NCBI RefSeq assembly: GCF_039654945.1
Contig: NW_027361738.1
Span: forward strand, 82,398,001-82,462,000
Direction of reading: 5' to 3'
From: Dendrobates tinctorius
Taxonomy: Eukaryota
Length of the DNA stretch: 64,000 nucleotides
Made by a program: the position numbers and the translations under genes. Below the pieces are notes generated by a model. It had not been told where the DNA came from. It saw only the letters and a program-made list of their open reading frames with translations, and did no database searches. Shown here one piece after another: positions 49,855 to 63,910 of this stretch; within the stretch, counting starts at the first letter, position 1, and every line of letters begins with the position of its first letter.

Positions 49855-52800
49855 AAGGTGGCAGAGCATCTGCAGTAAGGAGGCAGAGCACCTGGAGTAA
49901 TGTAGCAAAGCACCTGGAGTAAGGAGGCAGAGCACCTGGAGTAAAGTAGCAGAGCACCTGGAGTAAGGAGGCAGAGCACCTGGAGTAATGTAGCAGAGCA
50001 CCTGGAGTAATGTAGCAGAGCACCTGGAGTAACGTGGCAGAGCACCTGGAGTAATGTAGCAGAGCACCTGGAGTAAGGAGGCAGAGCACCTGGAGTAAGG
50101 AGGCAGAGCACCTGGAATAAGGGGGCAGAGCACCTGGAGTAAGGAGGCAGAGCACCTGGAGTAAGGAGGCAGAGCACCTGGAGTAAGGGGGCAGAGCACC
50201 TGGAATAAGGGGGCAGAGCACCTGGAGTAAGGAGGCAGAGCACCTGGAGTAAGGGGGCAGAGCACCTGGAGTAAGGAGGCAGAGCACCTGGAGCAGAGGT
50301 GGCAGAGCACCTGGAGTAAGGGGGCAGAGCACCTGGAGTAAGGAGGCAGAGCACCTGGAGCAGAGGTGGCAGAGCACCTGGAGCAGAGGTGGCAGAGCAC
50401 CTGGAGTAAGGAGGCAGAGCACCTGGAGGAAGGTGGCAGAGCACCTGGAGTAAGGAGGCAGAGCACCTGGAGTAAGGATGCAGAGCACCAGGAGGAAAGT
50501 GGCAGAGCACCTGGAGCAGAAGTGGCAGAGCACCTGGAGTAAGGGGGAAGAGCAACTGGAGTAAGGAGGCAGAGCACCTGGAGTAAGGAGGCAGAGCACC
50601 TGGAGTAAGGAGGCAGAGCACCTGGAGTAATGGGGCAGAGCACCTGGAGTAATGGGGCAGAGCAACTGGAGTAATGAGGCAGAGCACCTGGAGTAAGGAG
50701 GCAGAGGACCTGGAGTAAGGAGGCAGAGCACCTGGAGGAAGGTGGCAGAGCACCTGGAGCAGAAGTGGCAGAGCACCTGCAGTAAGGAGGCAGAGCACCG
50801 GAGGAAGGTGGCAGAGCACCTGGAGTAAGGGGGCAGAGCAACTGGAGTAAGGAGGCAGAGCACCTGGAGTAAGGAGGCAGAGCACCAGGAGGAGGCTGGC
50901 TGAGCACCTGGAGCAGAAGTGGCAGAGCACCTGCAGTAAGGAGGCAGAGCACCTGGAGTAAGGGGGCAGAGCACCTGGAATAAGGGGGCAGAGCACCTGG
51001 AGTAAGGAGGCAGAGCACCTGGAGTAAGGGGGCAGAGCACCTGGAGTAAGGAGGCAGAGCACCTGGAGCAGAGGTGGCAGAGCACCTGGAGCAGAGGTGG
51101 CAGAGCACCTGGAGTAAGGAGGCAGAGCACCTGGAGGAAGGTGGCAGAGCACCTGGAGTAAGGAGGCAGAGCACCTGGAGGAAGGATGCAGAGCACCAGG
51201 AGGAAAGTGGCAGAGCACCTGGAGCAGAAGTGGCAGAGCACCTGGAGTAAGGGGGAAGAGCAACTGGAGTAAGGAGGCAGAGCACCGGGAGAAGGGTGGC
51301 AGAGCACCTGGAGTAAGGAGGCAGAGCACCTGGAGGAAGGGGGCAGAGCACCTGGAGTAATGGGGCAGAGCAACTGGAGTAATGAGGCAGAGCACCTGGA
51401 GTAAGGAGGCAGAGGACCTGGAGTAAGGAGGCAGAGCACCTGGAGGAAGGTGGCAGAGCACCTGGAGCAGAAGTGGCAGAGCACCTGCAGTAAGGAGGCA
51501 GAGCACCGGAGGAAGGTGGCAGAGCACCTGGAGTAAGGGGGCTGAGCACCTGGAGTAAGGAGGCAGAGCACCAGGAGGAGGCTGGCTGAGCACCTGGAGT
51601 AAGGAGGCAGAGCACCGGGAGAAGGGTGGCAGAGCACCTGGAGTAAAGAGGCAGAGCACCTGGAGGAAGGGTGCAGAGCACCTGGAGTAATGGGGCAGAG
51701 CAACTGGAGTAAGGAGGCAGAGCACCTGGAGGAAGGTGGCAGAGCACCTGGAGCAGAGGTGGCAGAGCACCTGGAGCAGAGGTGGCAGAGCACCTGAAGT
51801 AATGTAGCAGAGCACCTGGAGTAAGGAGGCAGAGCACCTGGAGTAAGGAGGCAGAGCACCTGGAGTAAGGTGGCAGAGCACCTGGAGTAAGGTGGCAGAG
51901 CACCTGGAGTAAGGAGGCAGAGCACCTGGAGTAAGGAGGCAGAGTACCTGGAGTAAGGAGGCAGAGCACATGGAGTAAGGAGGCAGAGCACATGGAGGAA
52001 GGTGGCAGAGCACCTGGAGGAAGGTTGCAGAGCACCTGGAGGAAGGTTGCAGAGCACCTGGACGAAGGTGGCAGAGCACCTGGAGCAGAGGTGGCAGAGC
52101 ACCTGGAGGAAGGAGGCAGAGCATCTGGAGTAAGGAGGCAGAGCACCTGGAGCAGAGGTGGCCGAGCACCTGGAGGAAGGTGGCCGAGCACCTGGAGCAG
52201 AGGTGGCCGAGCACCTGGAGCAGAGGTGGCCGAGCACCTGGAGCAGAGGTGGCCGAGCACCTGGAGCAGAGGTGGCCGAGCACCTGGAGTAAGGAAACAG
52301 AGCACCTGGAGTAAGGAAACAGAGCACCTGGAGTAAGGGGGCAGAGCACCTGGAGTAAGGGGGCAGAGCACCTGGAGTAAGGATGCAGAGCACCTGGAGT
52401 AAGGATGCAGAGCACCTGGAGGAAAGTGGCAGAGCACCTGGAGCAGAAGTGGCAGAGCACCTGGAGTAAGGGGGAAGAGCACCTGGAGTAAGGAGGCAGA
52501 GCACCTGGAGGAAGGGGGCAGAGCACCTGGAGGAAGGAGGCAGAGCACCTGGAGGAAGGAGGCAGAGCACCTGGAGGAAGGAGGCAGAGCACCGGAAGAA
52601 GGGTGGCAGAGCACCTGGAGGAAGGGGGCAGAGCAACTGGAGGAAGGAGGCAGAGCACCTGGAGGAAGGTGGCAGAGCACCTGGAGCAGAGGTGGCAGAG
52701 CACCTGGAGTAAGGAGGCAGAGCACCTGGAGTAAGGAGGCAGAGCACCTGGAGTAAGGAGGCAGAGCACCTGGAGTAAGGTGGCAGAGCACCTGGAGCAG

Positions 52801-53625
52801 AAGTGGCAGAGCACCTGCAGTAAGGAGGCAGAGCACCGGAGGAAGGTGGCAGAGCACCTGGAGTAAGGGGGCAGAGCACCTGGAGTAAGGAGGCTGAGCA
52901 CCTGGAGTAAGGAGGCAGAGCACCGGGAGAAGGGTGGCAGAGCACCTGGAGTAAGGAGGCAGAGCACCTGGAGGAAGGGGGCAGAGCACCTGGAGTAATG
53001 GGGCAGAGCAACTGGAGTAAGGAGGCAGAGCACCTGGAGGAAGGAGGCAGAGCACCTGGAGCAGAGGTGGCAGAGCACCTGGACGAAGGTGGCAGAGCAC
53101 CTGGAGCAGAGGTGGCAGAGCACCTGGAGGAAAGAGGCAGAGCACCTGGAGTAAGGAGGCAGAGCACCTGGGGGAAGGTGGCAGAGCACCTGGGGGAAGG
53201 TGGCAGAGCACCTGGAGTAAGGGGGCAGAGCACCTGGAGGAAGGTGGCAGAGCACCTGGAGCAGAAGTGGCAGAGCACCTGGAGGAAGGTGGCAGAGCAC
53301 CTGGAGCAGAAGTGGCAGAGCACCTGGAGGAAGGTGGCAGAGCACCTGGAGCAGAAGTGGCAGAGCACCTGGAGTAAGGGGGCAGAGCACCTGTAGCAGA
53401 AGTGGCAGAGCACCTGCAGTAAGGAGGCAGAGCACCTGGAGGAAGGAGGCAGAGCACCTGGAGGAAGGTGGCCGAGCACCTGGAGCAGAGGTGGCCGAGC
53501 ACCTGGAGGAAGGTGGCCGAGCACCTGGAGGAAGGTGGCCGAGCACCTGGAGCAGAGGTGGCCGAGCACCTGGAGCAGAGGTGGCCGGGCACCTGGAGCA
53601 GAGGTGGCCGGGCACCTGGAGTAAG
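49855..53625. repeat. Minisatellite array, 22-23-bp unit GCAGAGCACCTGGAGTAAGGAG, ~3.8 kb (~165-170 units)
   Basis: Invariant core GAGCACCTGGAG with variable linkers. Variant blocks recur (e.g. 708-bp offset between 50476 and 51184). Confidence 0.97.
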
Positions 53626-53949
53626 TGTACTGGTAACTTAGGCAACTTACATAGTTTTTTCTTTCAGTGGGGAAATTCAGAACTTTGGAAAAAAAAACAA
53701 CAACAAATTTTATTGCGAGCATTCTACCTGTAAGCAGCTGAGGGGGCATCAATCTCTGGGTGTGAGAATGTACCATTGGGGCATTATACTGCGTGTAGCG
53801 GGCACCATACTGTGAGACAACACTAATGGGCTTCACTAGGAGCAATAAGTTTTTGGTGGCACATTCTCCTAACACTTCTCTGACCGCTTCTTCACTGTAA
53901 CTTTTGCTGCCTCCTCTTCCTCTTCTTTTCCCCTTACTGTCAGGGTTCT

Positions 53950-54990
53950 AGGCTGCACCCCCGTATGTAACCCCATATATAGACTGCACCCCAATATGTA
54001 CCTCCAAATATTGTCTACCCCCTTATATAGGCTGCACCCCCTTATGTACCCCCATATATAGGCTGCACCCCCATATGTATCCCTACATGTAGGCTGCACC
54101 CCCATATGTAACCCCATATATAGATATAGATTGCACCCCAATATGTACCTCCAAATATTGTCTACCCCCTTATATAGGCTGCACCACAATATATACCTCC
54201 AATTATAGATTGCACCCCCTTATGTACCCCCACATATATGCTGCACCCCATTATGTACCCCCATATGTAGCCTGCACCCCCTCAGATTGCTTGCACTCTC
54301 ATATGAAACCCCACATATAACCTGCACAACCATATGTATCCCCACATTTAGTTGGCACCCCCACAAGTGCCCTCACATATAGCATGCACCCCCAATAGTA
54401 CACCCTCAGATTGCCTGCGCTCCCATATGTATCCCCACATATTGCTTCCACCCCCATATGTACCCCTACAAATAACCTGCAACCCCATATGTACACCTAC
54501 ATGTAACCCCTCAGCCTGAACCCGCATATGTAACTCTACAAATTTCTTGCAACCCCATATGTACCCCCACGTGTAGCCTGCTTCCCATATGTACCCCCAC
54601 GTGTAGCCTGCTTCCCATATGTACCCCCACGTGTAGCCTGCTTCCCATATGTACCCCCACGTGTAGCCTGCTTCCCATATGTACCCCCACGTGTAGCCTG
54701 CTTCCCATATGTACCCCCATGTGTAGCCTGCTTCCCATATGTACCCCCATGTGTAGCCTGCTTCCCATATGTACCCCCATGTGTAGCCTGCACCCCCATA
54801 TGTACCCCCACGTGTAGCTTGCACCCCCATATGTACCACCACGTGTAGCCTGCACCCCCATATGTACCTCCACATGTAGCCTGCACCCCCATATGTACCC
54901 CCACGTGTAGCCTGCACCCCCATATGTACCCCCACGTGTAGCCTGCACCCCCATATGTACCCCCACGTGTAGCCTGCACCCCCATATGTG
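53950..54990. repeat. Minisatellite, 30-31-bp unit GTACCCCCACGTGTAGCCTGCACCCCCATAT, decaying leftwards
   Basis: Near-perfect units at 54555-54990; diverged units at 53950-54550. Confidence 0.93.
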
Positions 54991-57069
54991 CCTCCTGTAG
55001 AGGAAATGCATTTGGAAAGCATCTTCAGGGTGATTAGTGGGTGTAGAAAATGCGTATATGATGTGGAAAATATTAAGCCATAAATGATTCACCATTTACA
55101 GGCCAGGCTCCTTTTTCATAATATTGCAAAAGCACTAGAGGGGTCCGGTGGGTTGGGACGCCACGAACAGAAAATACCTTACAGGGGATCTGTCACCTAG
55201 GAAAACTCTACCTTCACATATGGGATGAGGAGCAGTACAGTGCTGCCTGGCCGCCTTACTAGAAGTGCAGCTTGAGGCTGTGCGCCCACGTTGCGTTTTT
55301 TTAAGCGTCTCTGCAGCGTTTGTGCCGGCTCAGACAGAAACGCTTCTTCACATTAATTTGCAGGCGCTTTTGGCTTTTTGTGCCAATGCAGGGCTGTGTG
55401 GGGGTCAGTATACTACATTATACAGAGCAGATAGTTGTGAGGGTGTATTTTGGCCATTATAATGAGTGGAAGGGTGTGGGGGCAATTATTCTGTATGGAG
55501 GGCTGTGTAGCGATCAGAGCTGAGGCATCATACTGTGTTGGGGTCACCATACTTTGCCAGAACTGGGGGGCACAGTAAGGTCATCATACCGTGTGTGGAG
55601 GGGACACTATAGTTGGCGTCATACTTTATGGGGGGAATGAAAGGGCTTTAATAGGAGGAAAATGACTTTTGTTAGGGCTGCTACGTTGTGAGATATACTC
55701 TTCTGTGACTCTGATGAATATTAAAGAGTTTTTTTGTGTGTGTGTGTGGGTCAAATTAGAACCTCTGCTATGGGGTCCCATTACTGCTATGTACACCTCT
55801 GGCATGAGCACTATATAATGTTCGGTACTGTGTATGGTAAACAATGAAGAACCCATGGCGCTCGGAAGAGAACTGCTGCCCCTTCACTTTGTTGATTGGT
55901 TGGGGTTCAGTGAGTCGGATGTCTACCAATCTGTCATTGATGGTTTGGCCTAGAGATAGGTCATCAGTGTCAGGCCTGGAAAAGCTTCTTATAAATGAAC
56001 ACTTCCTGCCTGCAGTGTCCACTAGAGGGCGCTCACTGTGTTGACATTTATACTGCTCCTTATAAATCAGTATGCAGGGAGCGCCATCTAGTGGCTGCAG
56101 GAATATTTGCTTTCTTCTTAAAGGGTTATTTTCATAGCAACCTTTCATGGTCGAGACAGGAATAACTGTCCATATACCGGATATTTTGATGAATTTTTGA
56201 AAATGGTGGAAATAATCAGTTTAGAAGTGAGAGCATGAAACCTCTGCATGTAACTTATAGAGATTTTCCTGCTAATTCACAACAAAATCCACAGTGGAAA
56301 AAAAATCTTCACGTTCTTACGGTATTAGTTATTTTATATGCAAGTATTCTTATGCAAAGCTTTCGGTGTCTTTCTCTTCCAGCAAATAATGGTGCAATGC
56401 ATAATTTGGCCACTAGAGGTCTCTACAGTAACATACGGCTACTAGAACAGCGACTAAGAATATTATGTCAAAAGCTTCTGCACTGGAGACAGAGAACACA
56501 GCGCCTCCACAGGAGAAACACGGCACTACATACATGTCATTGATGTGTGAGTAATCAATGGACCTCCAGAGCAAAAGACACTTTTGCAACTTTAAATTTG
56601 AACACGTGACCCCTCCTTACCCTTTATTAAAGGTTTTCTCCTATTTTACAAATTCGTCATGGCCGTAACAAAAGTAATAAAATCACCTGGTACTCATCCT
56701 CCCCAGGTCCAGTGCTGCATCTCGTCCGCTGCTTCGGTGGTTGTATACAGGCTGCAGCTGTGAGGTCACCTACGCAGCGCTGCAGCCAGTCACTGGGCTT
56801 AGTGGCGCAAGTGACCCCAGGACACCCAATTTTGGGCGGATGTTACATAAACCTGCATATAAGTTGTTCATGCTGATTTTGCGTCCTTCCCTTTGTGCGA
56901 AACGAGGCGTATACCAAGGGCCTGATTCATTTTCCGTTTTTCGAGCCACTATTTATTGTTTTTTTGGCATTTGAGGACTTTTTTGTTTGCACCGAAGTTT
57001 TCAAAAAGGCACACGGGGTCTGTGATGTTTGCAGGGAGAAAAAAAAAACCTCTACATTTTTGCCTCTAA

Positions 57070-57320
57070 GGGTATGTGCACACGCGGCAGATTCTGGCCC
57101 TGCGGATCCGCAGCAGAATTAGCTGCGTTGTACAGTACCATTATATCCTGCGGATTCCGAAGCGGTTTGCCATCTCCTCCATTGTAGAGATGATAAACCG
57201 CAGGGCAAAACCGCAGCCTAATCCACAGATAAACTGCAAAGACCTGCGGATTTACCTGCGGATTTTGCAAAATCCGCGCAGAAAAATCCGCAGACCAATC
57301 TGCAGCGTGTGCACACAGCC
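57070..57320. mobile_element. Harbinger-type MITE, inverted relative of 6096-6451
   Basis: TAA-GGGTATGTGCACACG...CGTGTGCACACAGCC-TTA; internal CTCCATTGTAGAG.TGATAAAC is shared. Confidence 0.85.
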
Positions 57321-57910
57321 TTAGACAGTTTTTAAAAAGTTCAAATTGACGAATCAGCCGTAAATATCTGTAAAACCCAAACCTCGCCCACAATGACGAG
57401 CCTAAAAACAAACAAGCAGACTATAAAAAAAAGGCTAAAAAAAAACACAAAAATTAAAAGAAGGCAAAAATGAAAAATAGGAAAAAAACACTAAAAAAAA
57501 TTACAAAAATCTCACAGATGCAATAGTGAATCAGTTTTTTAAGGTGATTGTTTCTTTAGGATAAATATTTCAGCGTCCTCATGGGTCTGTGTTCTCCACC
57601 ACGAGTGGCAGTTTAACCCCTCCATGCCCCAGAATGTAACAGATGAATCGCTGCCGTTGTGTAGAATAGCGGCTGATGATTTGGCAGCGCTGGGCGCTAT
57701 TTACATTGGGCAGATGTTTTCTGAGTCTGATATTTGCAGGTTGTGCCTCCAACATTTACACGATGTATCACTGGATATTTCTCATTACATATTCAGGTAG
57801 GCAGAATTATGATTCTATGGGTTTTTGTTTTCACAAATTCTAGAAGAAAAAATATATTTAATATGCAAAAAATTCTACATACCTCCACTTCTTCATATAC
57901 ATGTATCTTA

Positions 57911-58290
57911 TCATATTCCATATATCTTCACGTAGTTATTGAACAGAGTCCATCTGCCGTGGAATCGCACCAGCTGCCACTTGTTGGCAAGGATGCCGAC
58001 TACACACTCCGTGATTCCGTGAACACATGCCGGCCTGTAGGTGTAGATTTCTTTTTCTCCCTGGACCCAGAAGCATTCGTCGGTGTCCTGCCACATGTCC
58101 TGATGAATGGCTTTCAGATGACATTTTCCTTAAACTCATTGATAGTAACTCTCGTAACAACCAGGATGGTGGACGGCAAGGACAGACCCGACTGGAATTC
58201 ATCCCTGGCATTTAAAAGCTCCCAGGTTCATGTTGTCTCCAGCCGAATCCCCAAATTGGGGTATCTATTACTAATATTACCCCCCTGAAG
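57911..58290 (-). pseudogene. Possible decayed PIF/Harbinger (HARBI1-like DDE) transposase fragment
   Basis: TDECF...IYTYRPACVHGITECVVGILANKW resembles the Harbinger pattern xDEAF...FNYRLSRARRVVECAFGILANKW. Confidence 0.45.
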
Positions 58291-59937
58291 GAAATCAAGA
58301 TTTACTACAAGACCTACGTTTCCAATAATACCACTATATAAGATTTAATAATAATACTGCAATATAACAAACTATTCCCATCAAACCATAACCAGCATAT
58401 ACAGTAGAGATAATACCGCCATACGGATCATTAATTACAACCACTGCACTGGGACTGATGTCACCACCATACAGTGACCATATAAAGGTAAAGTCAGGTC
58501 TACTTCAGTGCTCTGTGGACCATATATATATATGTGTGTGTGTGTGTGTATATGTATATATATATACACTGTACAGATAAATTCAGGGACATTCTTTCTG
58601 ATCATAGTCATTCATTTTCCCTTTTCTTTTCCATTCAGTCCAGACTGCCATGACCACTTCTTCCATCCATTACTGGTCCCTGCAAAATGTAATGCAAAGA
58701 CATTTTTCACTTACTTCTTTTCCAGGACCCTCCTCACATTCCCCCCACCTCTGCACAAACCATATAGTGCTATAACCAGTGCCCTGGACAGTAATAATAC
58801 CCACTCTGAGTCCTGTATAGTAAGAGTACTCTCCTTTTGTGCCCCACACAGGAATAGTGCCCCTTCTCTGCACCTACACACTAAGAATATTATCTCTGTA
58901 CTTCCTTCTAGTAGTAAAGTCCTCCTGTGCATCCTTTAATAATCCCATTAAACCCTTAATAATATTGGCCCTGTACCACCTTACAATAATAAAAACAGCC
59001 CTGTGCTTTCTTATAATAATGGTTCCTGTGCTTCCCCTATAATGATATCGATCCTCCAGTGTGCCTCCTTATAATATTCCCCCCCCCCACTATAGTGTTT
59101 GCCTTATAATATTGACCCCCGGTGACTCTTTATTATCTCACTTCCACTGTATCTGACAATTTTAAATGGTTACTCAAGACGGGGAGCAGCACATGCTCAA
59201 TCTACGCTAAATTCATTGTCTATTTCTTTATTTCTTTACAGGGAGTGTTACAGAGTAATAAAAGAAGGTATATTCCCCAGCTCTGACCCCATCGCCCCAG
59301 CAGAGCCCACTACCCAGGAGAGAAAGCAATGGCATCCTGTTCTTTGGTCCCCTGACCGAACATTTTATAATCACTTTTTAATCCTTTTTAGTCTGACTGG
59401 GGAACTTGAAAATTGGTCATCAAACTTCCGTATTGCAGGGTATTATTCTGGCAGCCTCTGGCAGGGTGTAAGAGGAATGTCAGGGAGACATACTTTCAAT
59501 AGCTGTGAAATCCTATTGGCACCACACCATTGTGTCACATTTTGCCAATGGGGAAACCGTTTAGATGTCACAGTTACTGTGGGCCGCATCATCAAAGGGT
59601 TTACATGATTAGGATCAACGTTTTCTCCAATCCTGGTTATTGGAACACAGTAATGGTGACCACAGAACACCAATAGCGTCTGTACACAGTGATGATGCCC
59701 CCCTAGTCTCCCTTACATTAGTGAGGCTGTCTTAGCCCCCCCCCCAAACAATAAAGTTTTGCCTCTATCATGGTAATAATGCCCACTTTGTGCTCCTATA
59801 CAGTAACAGCATCCTTGGTAATGCCACAATACACAGAGAAAAAGTAAGCTGCTCACCTACAGATGGGACGAAAAACTGAGTCACTTCTGCCTTCTCTCTC
59901 ATCCATTCTCCCCTCAGTACAGCGCTTTTAAGGATTC

Positions 59938-60601
59938 TGTCAAAGCTTTAACATGGCAAAGAGGGGCCAGAAAACTGCACTGTCTGAATACACGTAGTCC
60001 TGCCCTTCACCTTCATATTAAACAGTGCAGGTTTCTGCTAGCAGTGCAGGGGTTAATATGTTCACTTGAGAGCTCCTGGAGCTTTCTGGCTCAGCTATCC
60101 AGTGTTGGCTACTTCCCTCCGCTATATATACTGGCCTCTGGCAATCAGGGATTTGCCAGTGTTAGTTTCATACTGCCTGGTTCTGGAGATGGAGGTGTTG
60201 GTTGTTGGAGCATGTATTTGGAGTGTTGATCCAGTAGACTGTTTCTTGGTGATTTGTCTGTGTGCATATCCTCATTCTATCCAACTTGCTTTTTCTTTCT
60301 TTTACCTCCCGTGTGTTCCACTCAGTTGTTCATGAATGTATATTTGTATGATTGTTATTTTTATTCATCCCTGTACGTCTTGCCTTGTCAGTCTGGTTTG
60401 TGTATTCTTATACACTACAACTCCCCACTTCCCTGGGTGGGGGACGGGACAGATAAGTGCTGATTTAGGAGCTCAGCAAGGCACGTGGCCCCGGCATCTT
60501 CACCATCAAAAGTAATCTAGGGAGCAGGGATAGCTGGGTGCCCCTAGCTTTAGAGATAGAGGAGCCCCTAGCCTCAGGATATCCTGCAATATTACGTGAC
60601 A
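59938..60601. mobile_element. Possible solo LTR (Gypsy-like)
   Basis: TGTCA...TGACA termini, TATA-like CTATATATA and a T-rich interior; no convincing TSD. Confidence 0.35.
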
Positions 60602-62659
60602 AATTTCCTCAATTTTAGTTCCAGTCATTTATGAGTTCTCCCACAGAATGAGCCCCAGTACCTGCCTCATCCTTGCATTCCCAGTGTCCAAGCAGCATCA
60701 ATGGTTGATGGACCCTGACTCTTCCTGCTGCTGGAGAACAGCTCATTTCATTACTGTATGCAAATGTATGAAAGTTAATAGTGGCACCTGACCGACCGAA
60801 CCTCCTTGTACCCAGTTCCTGCTAAATTGGTAGCTGATGGTCACTGTCATTTCAGTAAACTTTGCATAAATCACTAGTTCAAGTACACTTTGCCCCATTT
60901 CCTGTACTGAAGCCATCATTCACGGATATTCATCTAGGTCAAAACAAGGACTGCCATTTCACTGAGGGATCAGATTACAACTGTCTACGAATGTTTATGG
61001 GGAAGAGGAGGAAGCAGCAGAGTGAAAGATAAAGACACAGACACACACAGACCGGTGTTGCTGGTGTTTTATCTCATCCAGGTCTGGATTCACAGCTACA
61101 CTACTTATTTTTGCAGTATAATGTCCTCCATGTTGCTGCTGCTTTTGAACCTGTGCTATATGGATACAAGAGTGCAAGAATTCTTGATATCTGTGTGTGC
61201 TGCATATGGGAGAAATTATAGCATCTGTCTGTACCCACTAAAGACAACAAATAATGAATGAGAGATGGAGTCACCAAAGGGGAAGACTGGTGAAAAATGC
61301 AGGACACAAATCATAAAGCCCCTGATTCATCATTACCTTTGATGCCTGGTTTTTGTCTAGTTTTGTGTGCTTTGCTCCTTTTTTTTTTTTTTTTGTTTAC
61401 ACCCAATATTCCATTTTCGCCTTTAGATCTATTCTGTAGGTACTCGCCTGTTTTGTTTTTTTTTTTTTTTTTTACAATTTCAGATGTTTTCGCCTGATTC
61501 ATTAATTGCAACTTTTTAAAAAGTCAAAAATTTGGTGCAACTCCACTCCAGTCACTCCCCCAGGTGTATTTTTGAGTACACTAGTCTTTTTGGCGCAACA
61601 GTTCAAGACAAGAAGAAAGCCCATTTCTTTTACTTTGTGCCAAGTTCATGAGTGGTGTGCGCCATTTTTTCTGAATTTGGCTCTAAAAACGTCAAATAAA
61701 ACAACAAGGCAAAAAGAAAGGAAAGTGGCTTAAAAACCCCCGCAAACAATGAATCGGGGCCATGGTGACCAGAAATAGTTTGCACACATAAATCAATGAA
61801 GCCTTGTGTGAGCGCTTATGAGATTCTATTTTTATTTATACCATTTTGGCATATGTAGGACGTTTTTTAAATGGGAAAATGGGGTGATTTCAACTTTTAT
61901 ATTTTTTTTACATTTTTTAAAATATTAAAACTTTTCTAAAAAAAGGTGTACTTTTATATTTGCTAGGGGACTTAAACCTGCGGTCACTTGATCGCTAATA
62001 CCATATACTGCAATAACACAATATTGCAGTATACTGTATTGCTAAATTGCAGTTCTCCTATGAATCCCAGTAAATAGGGATTTGCAGGAGGACCAACATT
62101 GCAGGAATGGGGGACATCAGCAGACCCCTAGTTGTGACCCCTCTCTTGCACCTTAGCTGTTTAAATGCTGCTGTCAGTGATTGACAGCAGTATTTTAATG
62201 GTTAAACAGCAGCGATTGGAGCGATCTCTGGCCTCTGCTGTTGCAGGAAGATCGTTCTTGTTTGGGTGCAAATTTTTTCTAAATGGTGTACGTGGATCAT
62301 GGATTTTTCAGAAAATCAAAAAGGCTCTTTATTTTTATCTTTAACCCTTTTGCGACTTCCCATCTCAAACGGTCTCATGTTCCACTATAATAATGCAAAA
62401 TGTGCACAAAAATCCCAGGAGTCATTGATGGAGGAGCCATTGATGAAGCACTCGAAAACATCTGGGAACCTCAAACCTTGCCCACAACAACAAGCATAAA
62501 AATCCCCCAACATATAAAAGACATATAAAATAGACTTTTAGATGCTATAAAAGGTGCAAATTAAAAGAAGGATGAAAAATAGCGCAAATGAAAAATAGGC
62601 AAAAAAAACAGACAAAAACAGGTGTAAATGCGATAATGAATTGTCTCCTTATTTCTTAA

Positions 62660-63020
62660 AGACAATCTGTCATTTATCATAAATATGTAATTTGCTTATC
62701 TGGAGTAAATGCCGCTGTTCTCCTGATTTTGTTGAAGCTTTTCTTATGTTCCTGCACCTCTCTGTTCCGGAGATATGGCCCTCTCTTATCTGTATGTAAA
62801 TCCAAGGTTTCTTTGCCAACTGGGTAGGGAAATCAAGAAAAGAAATGAGACCACACCCACTTGTATAATAAGACTAAAATTATATACTGGGAAGAGAGGG
62901 CCATATCTCAGGAACGGAGAGTAGCAGGAACAAGAGAAAAACATCTCCAGATTCAGGAGAACAGCGGCATTTATACCAGGAAATCAAAATGACATATTTA
63001 TGGCAAATGACAGATTCTTT
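62660..63020. mobile_element. TTAA-targeting fold-back MITE (T2/Kolobok-like)
   Basis: TTAA flanks and long inverted arms (AATCTGTCATTT..AAATGCCGCTGTTCTCCTGA / TCAGGAGAACAGCGGCATTT..AAATGACAGATT). Confidence 0.85.
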
Positions 63021-63089
63021 TTAAAGGGCATCTCCTCTATCCCTACTGGCTAGAAGACCTACTTAACAGAAAGCAGAACATACCACGTC

Positions 63090-63910
63090 CAAGGTCGTGT
63101 CCCTGCATTTTCTGCAGGTTCTGGCGCTGAGCCCGCATCCTTCCCTACACATGACATCTGATTTGATCAGCTGTCATGTGCCTCAGCTGCCGGTGGATCC
63201 GAGATCCACCGGCAGCTATTAACCAGTTGAATGCCGCTGTCAATCACTGTGTAGCACAAGCGATCGGACGATCGCTGCTTCAAGTCTCCAAAGGAGTCTA
63301 TTGAAGTCAGTAAAAAGTTAAAAAAAAAAAAAAAAAAGTAAAAAAAATGTAAAACAAAATTAAAAAACAAAAGTTCAAACTCCCCCCCCCCCCCCCCACT
63401 TTCGCCCCATTCAAAATAAAACAAACTTGTTTTAAAAAACACACGTATTTGGTATCGCCGCATTCAGAAATGTCCGATATACCAAAATATAAAATAAATT
63501 AATGCAATATTTAAACGGTCTAACGAGAAATACAACTGAAAAGCCAAAATTAGGGTTTGTTTTTGGCCGCTGCAACTTTGCAATAAAATGCAAAAACGGG
63601 CGATCAAAACATCGTATCTACCCCAAAATGGTATAAAAAAAACATCAGCTCAGTCTACAAAAAATAAGTTATTTACTAGCCGGAGACCCTGAATAATGGC
63701 TACGAGTCTTTGGAAAATTGCGCCATTTTATTATTTTTTTATTTTTTTTTACAAACTTTGGATTTTTTTTCACCACTTAACTGAAAAAGAACCTAGATAT
63801 GTTTGGTATCTGCGAACTCGCAATGACCTGGAGAATCATAATGGCAGGTCAGTTTTAGCATTTAGTGAACATGGTAAATGAAAAACCCCAAAACAATTGT
63901 GGAATTGCTG
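63090..63910. mobile_element. Fragment of the same non-autonomous DNA element family as 14935-15730
   Basis: Direct homology to 15140-15510. Confidence 0.6.

Noticed and set aside
49855-53625. CRISPR-like appearance (constant core with variable linker)
   Set aside because: The linkers are ~10-bp variants of one sequence rather than unique spacers; the context is eukaryotic and there are no cas genes.
49813-53875. Three overlapping ORFs of >1250 aa on the minus strand
   Set aside because: They arise from a 22-23-bp repeat lacking stop codons on that strand; the same peptides cycle through all frames.
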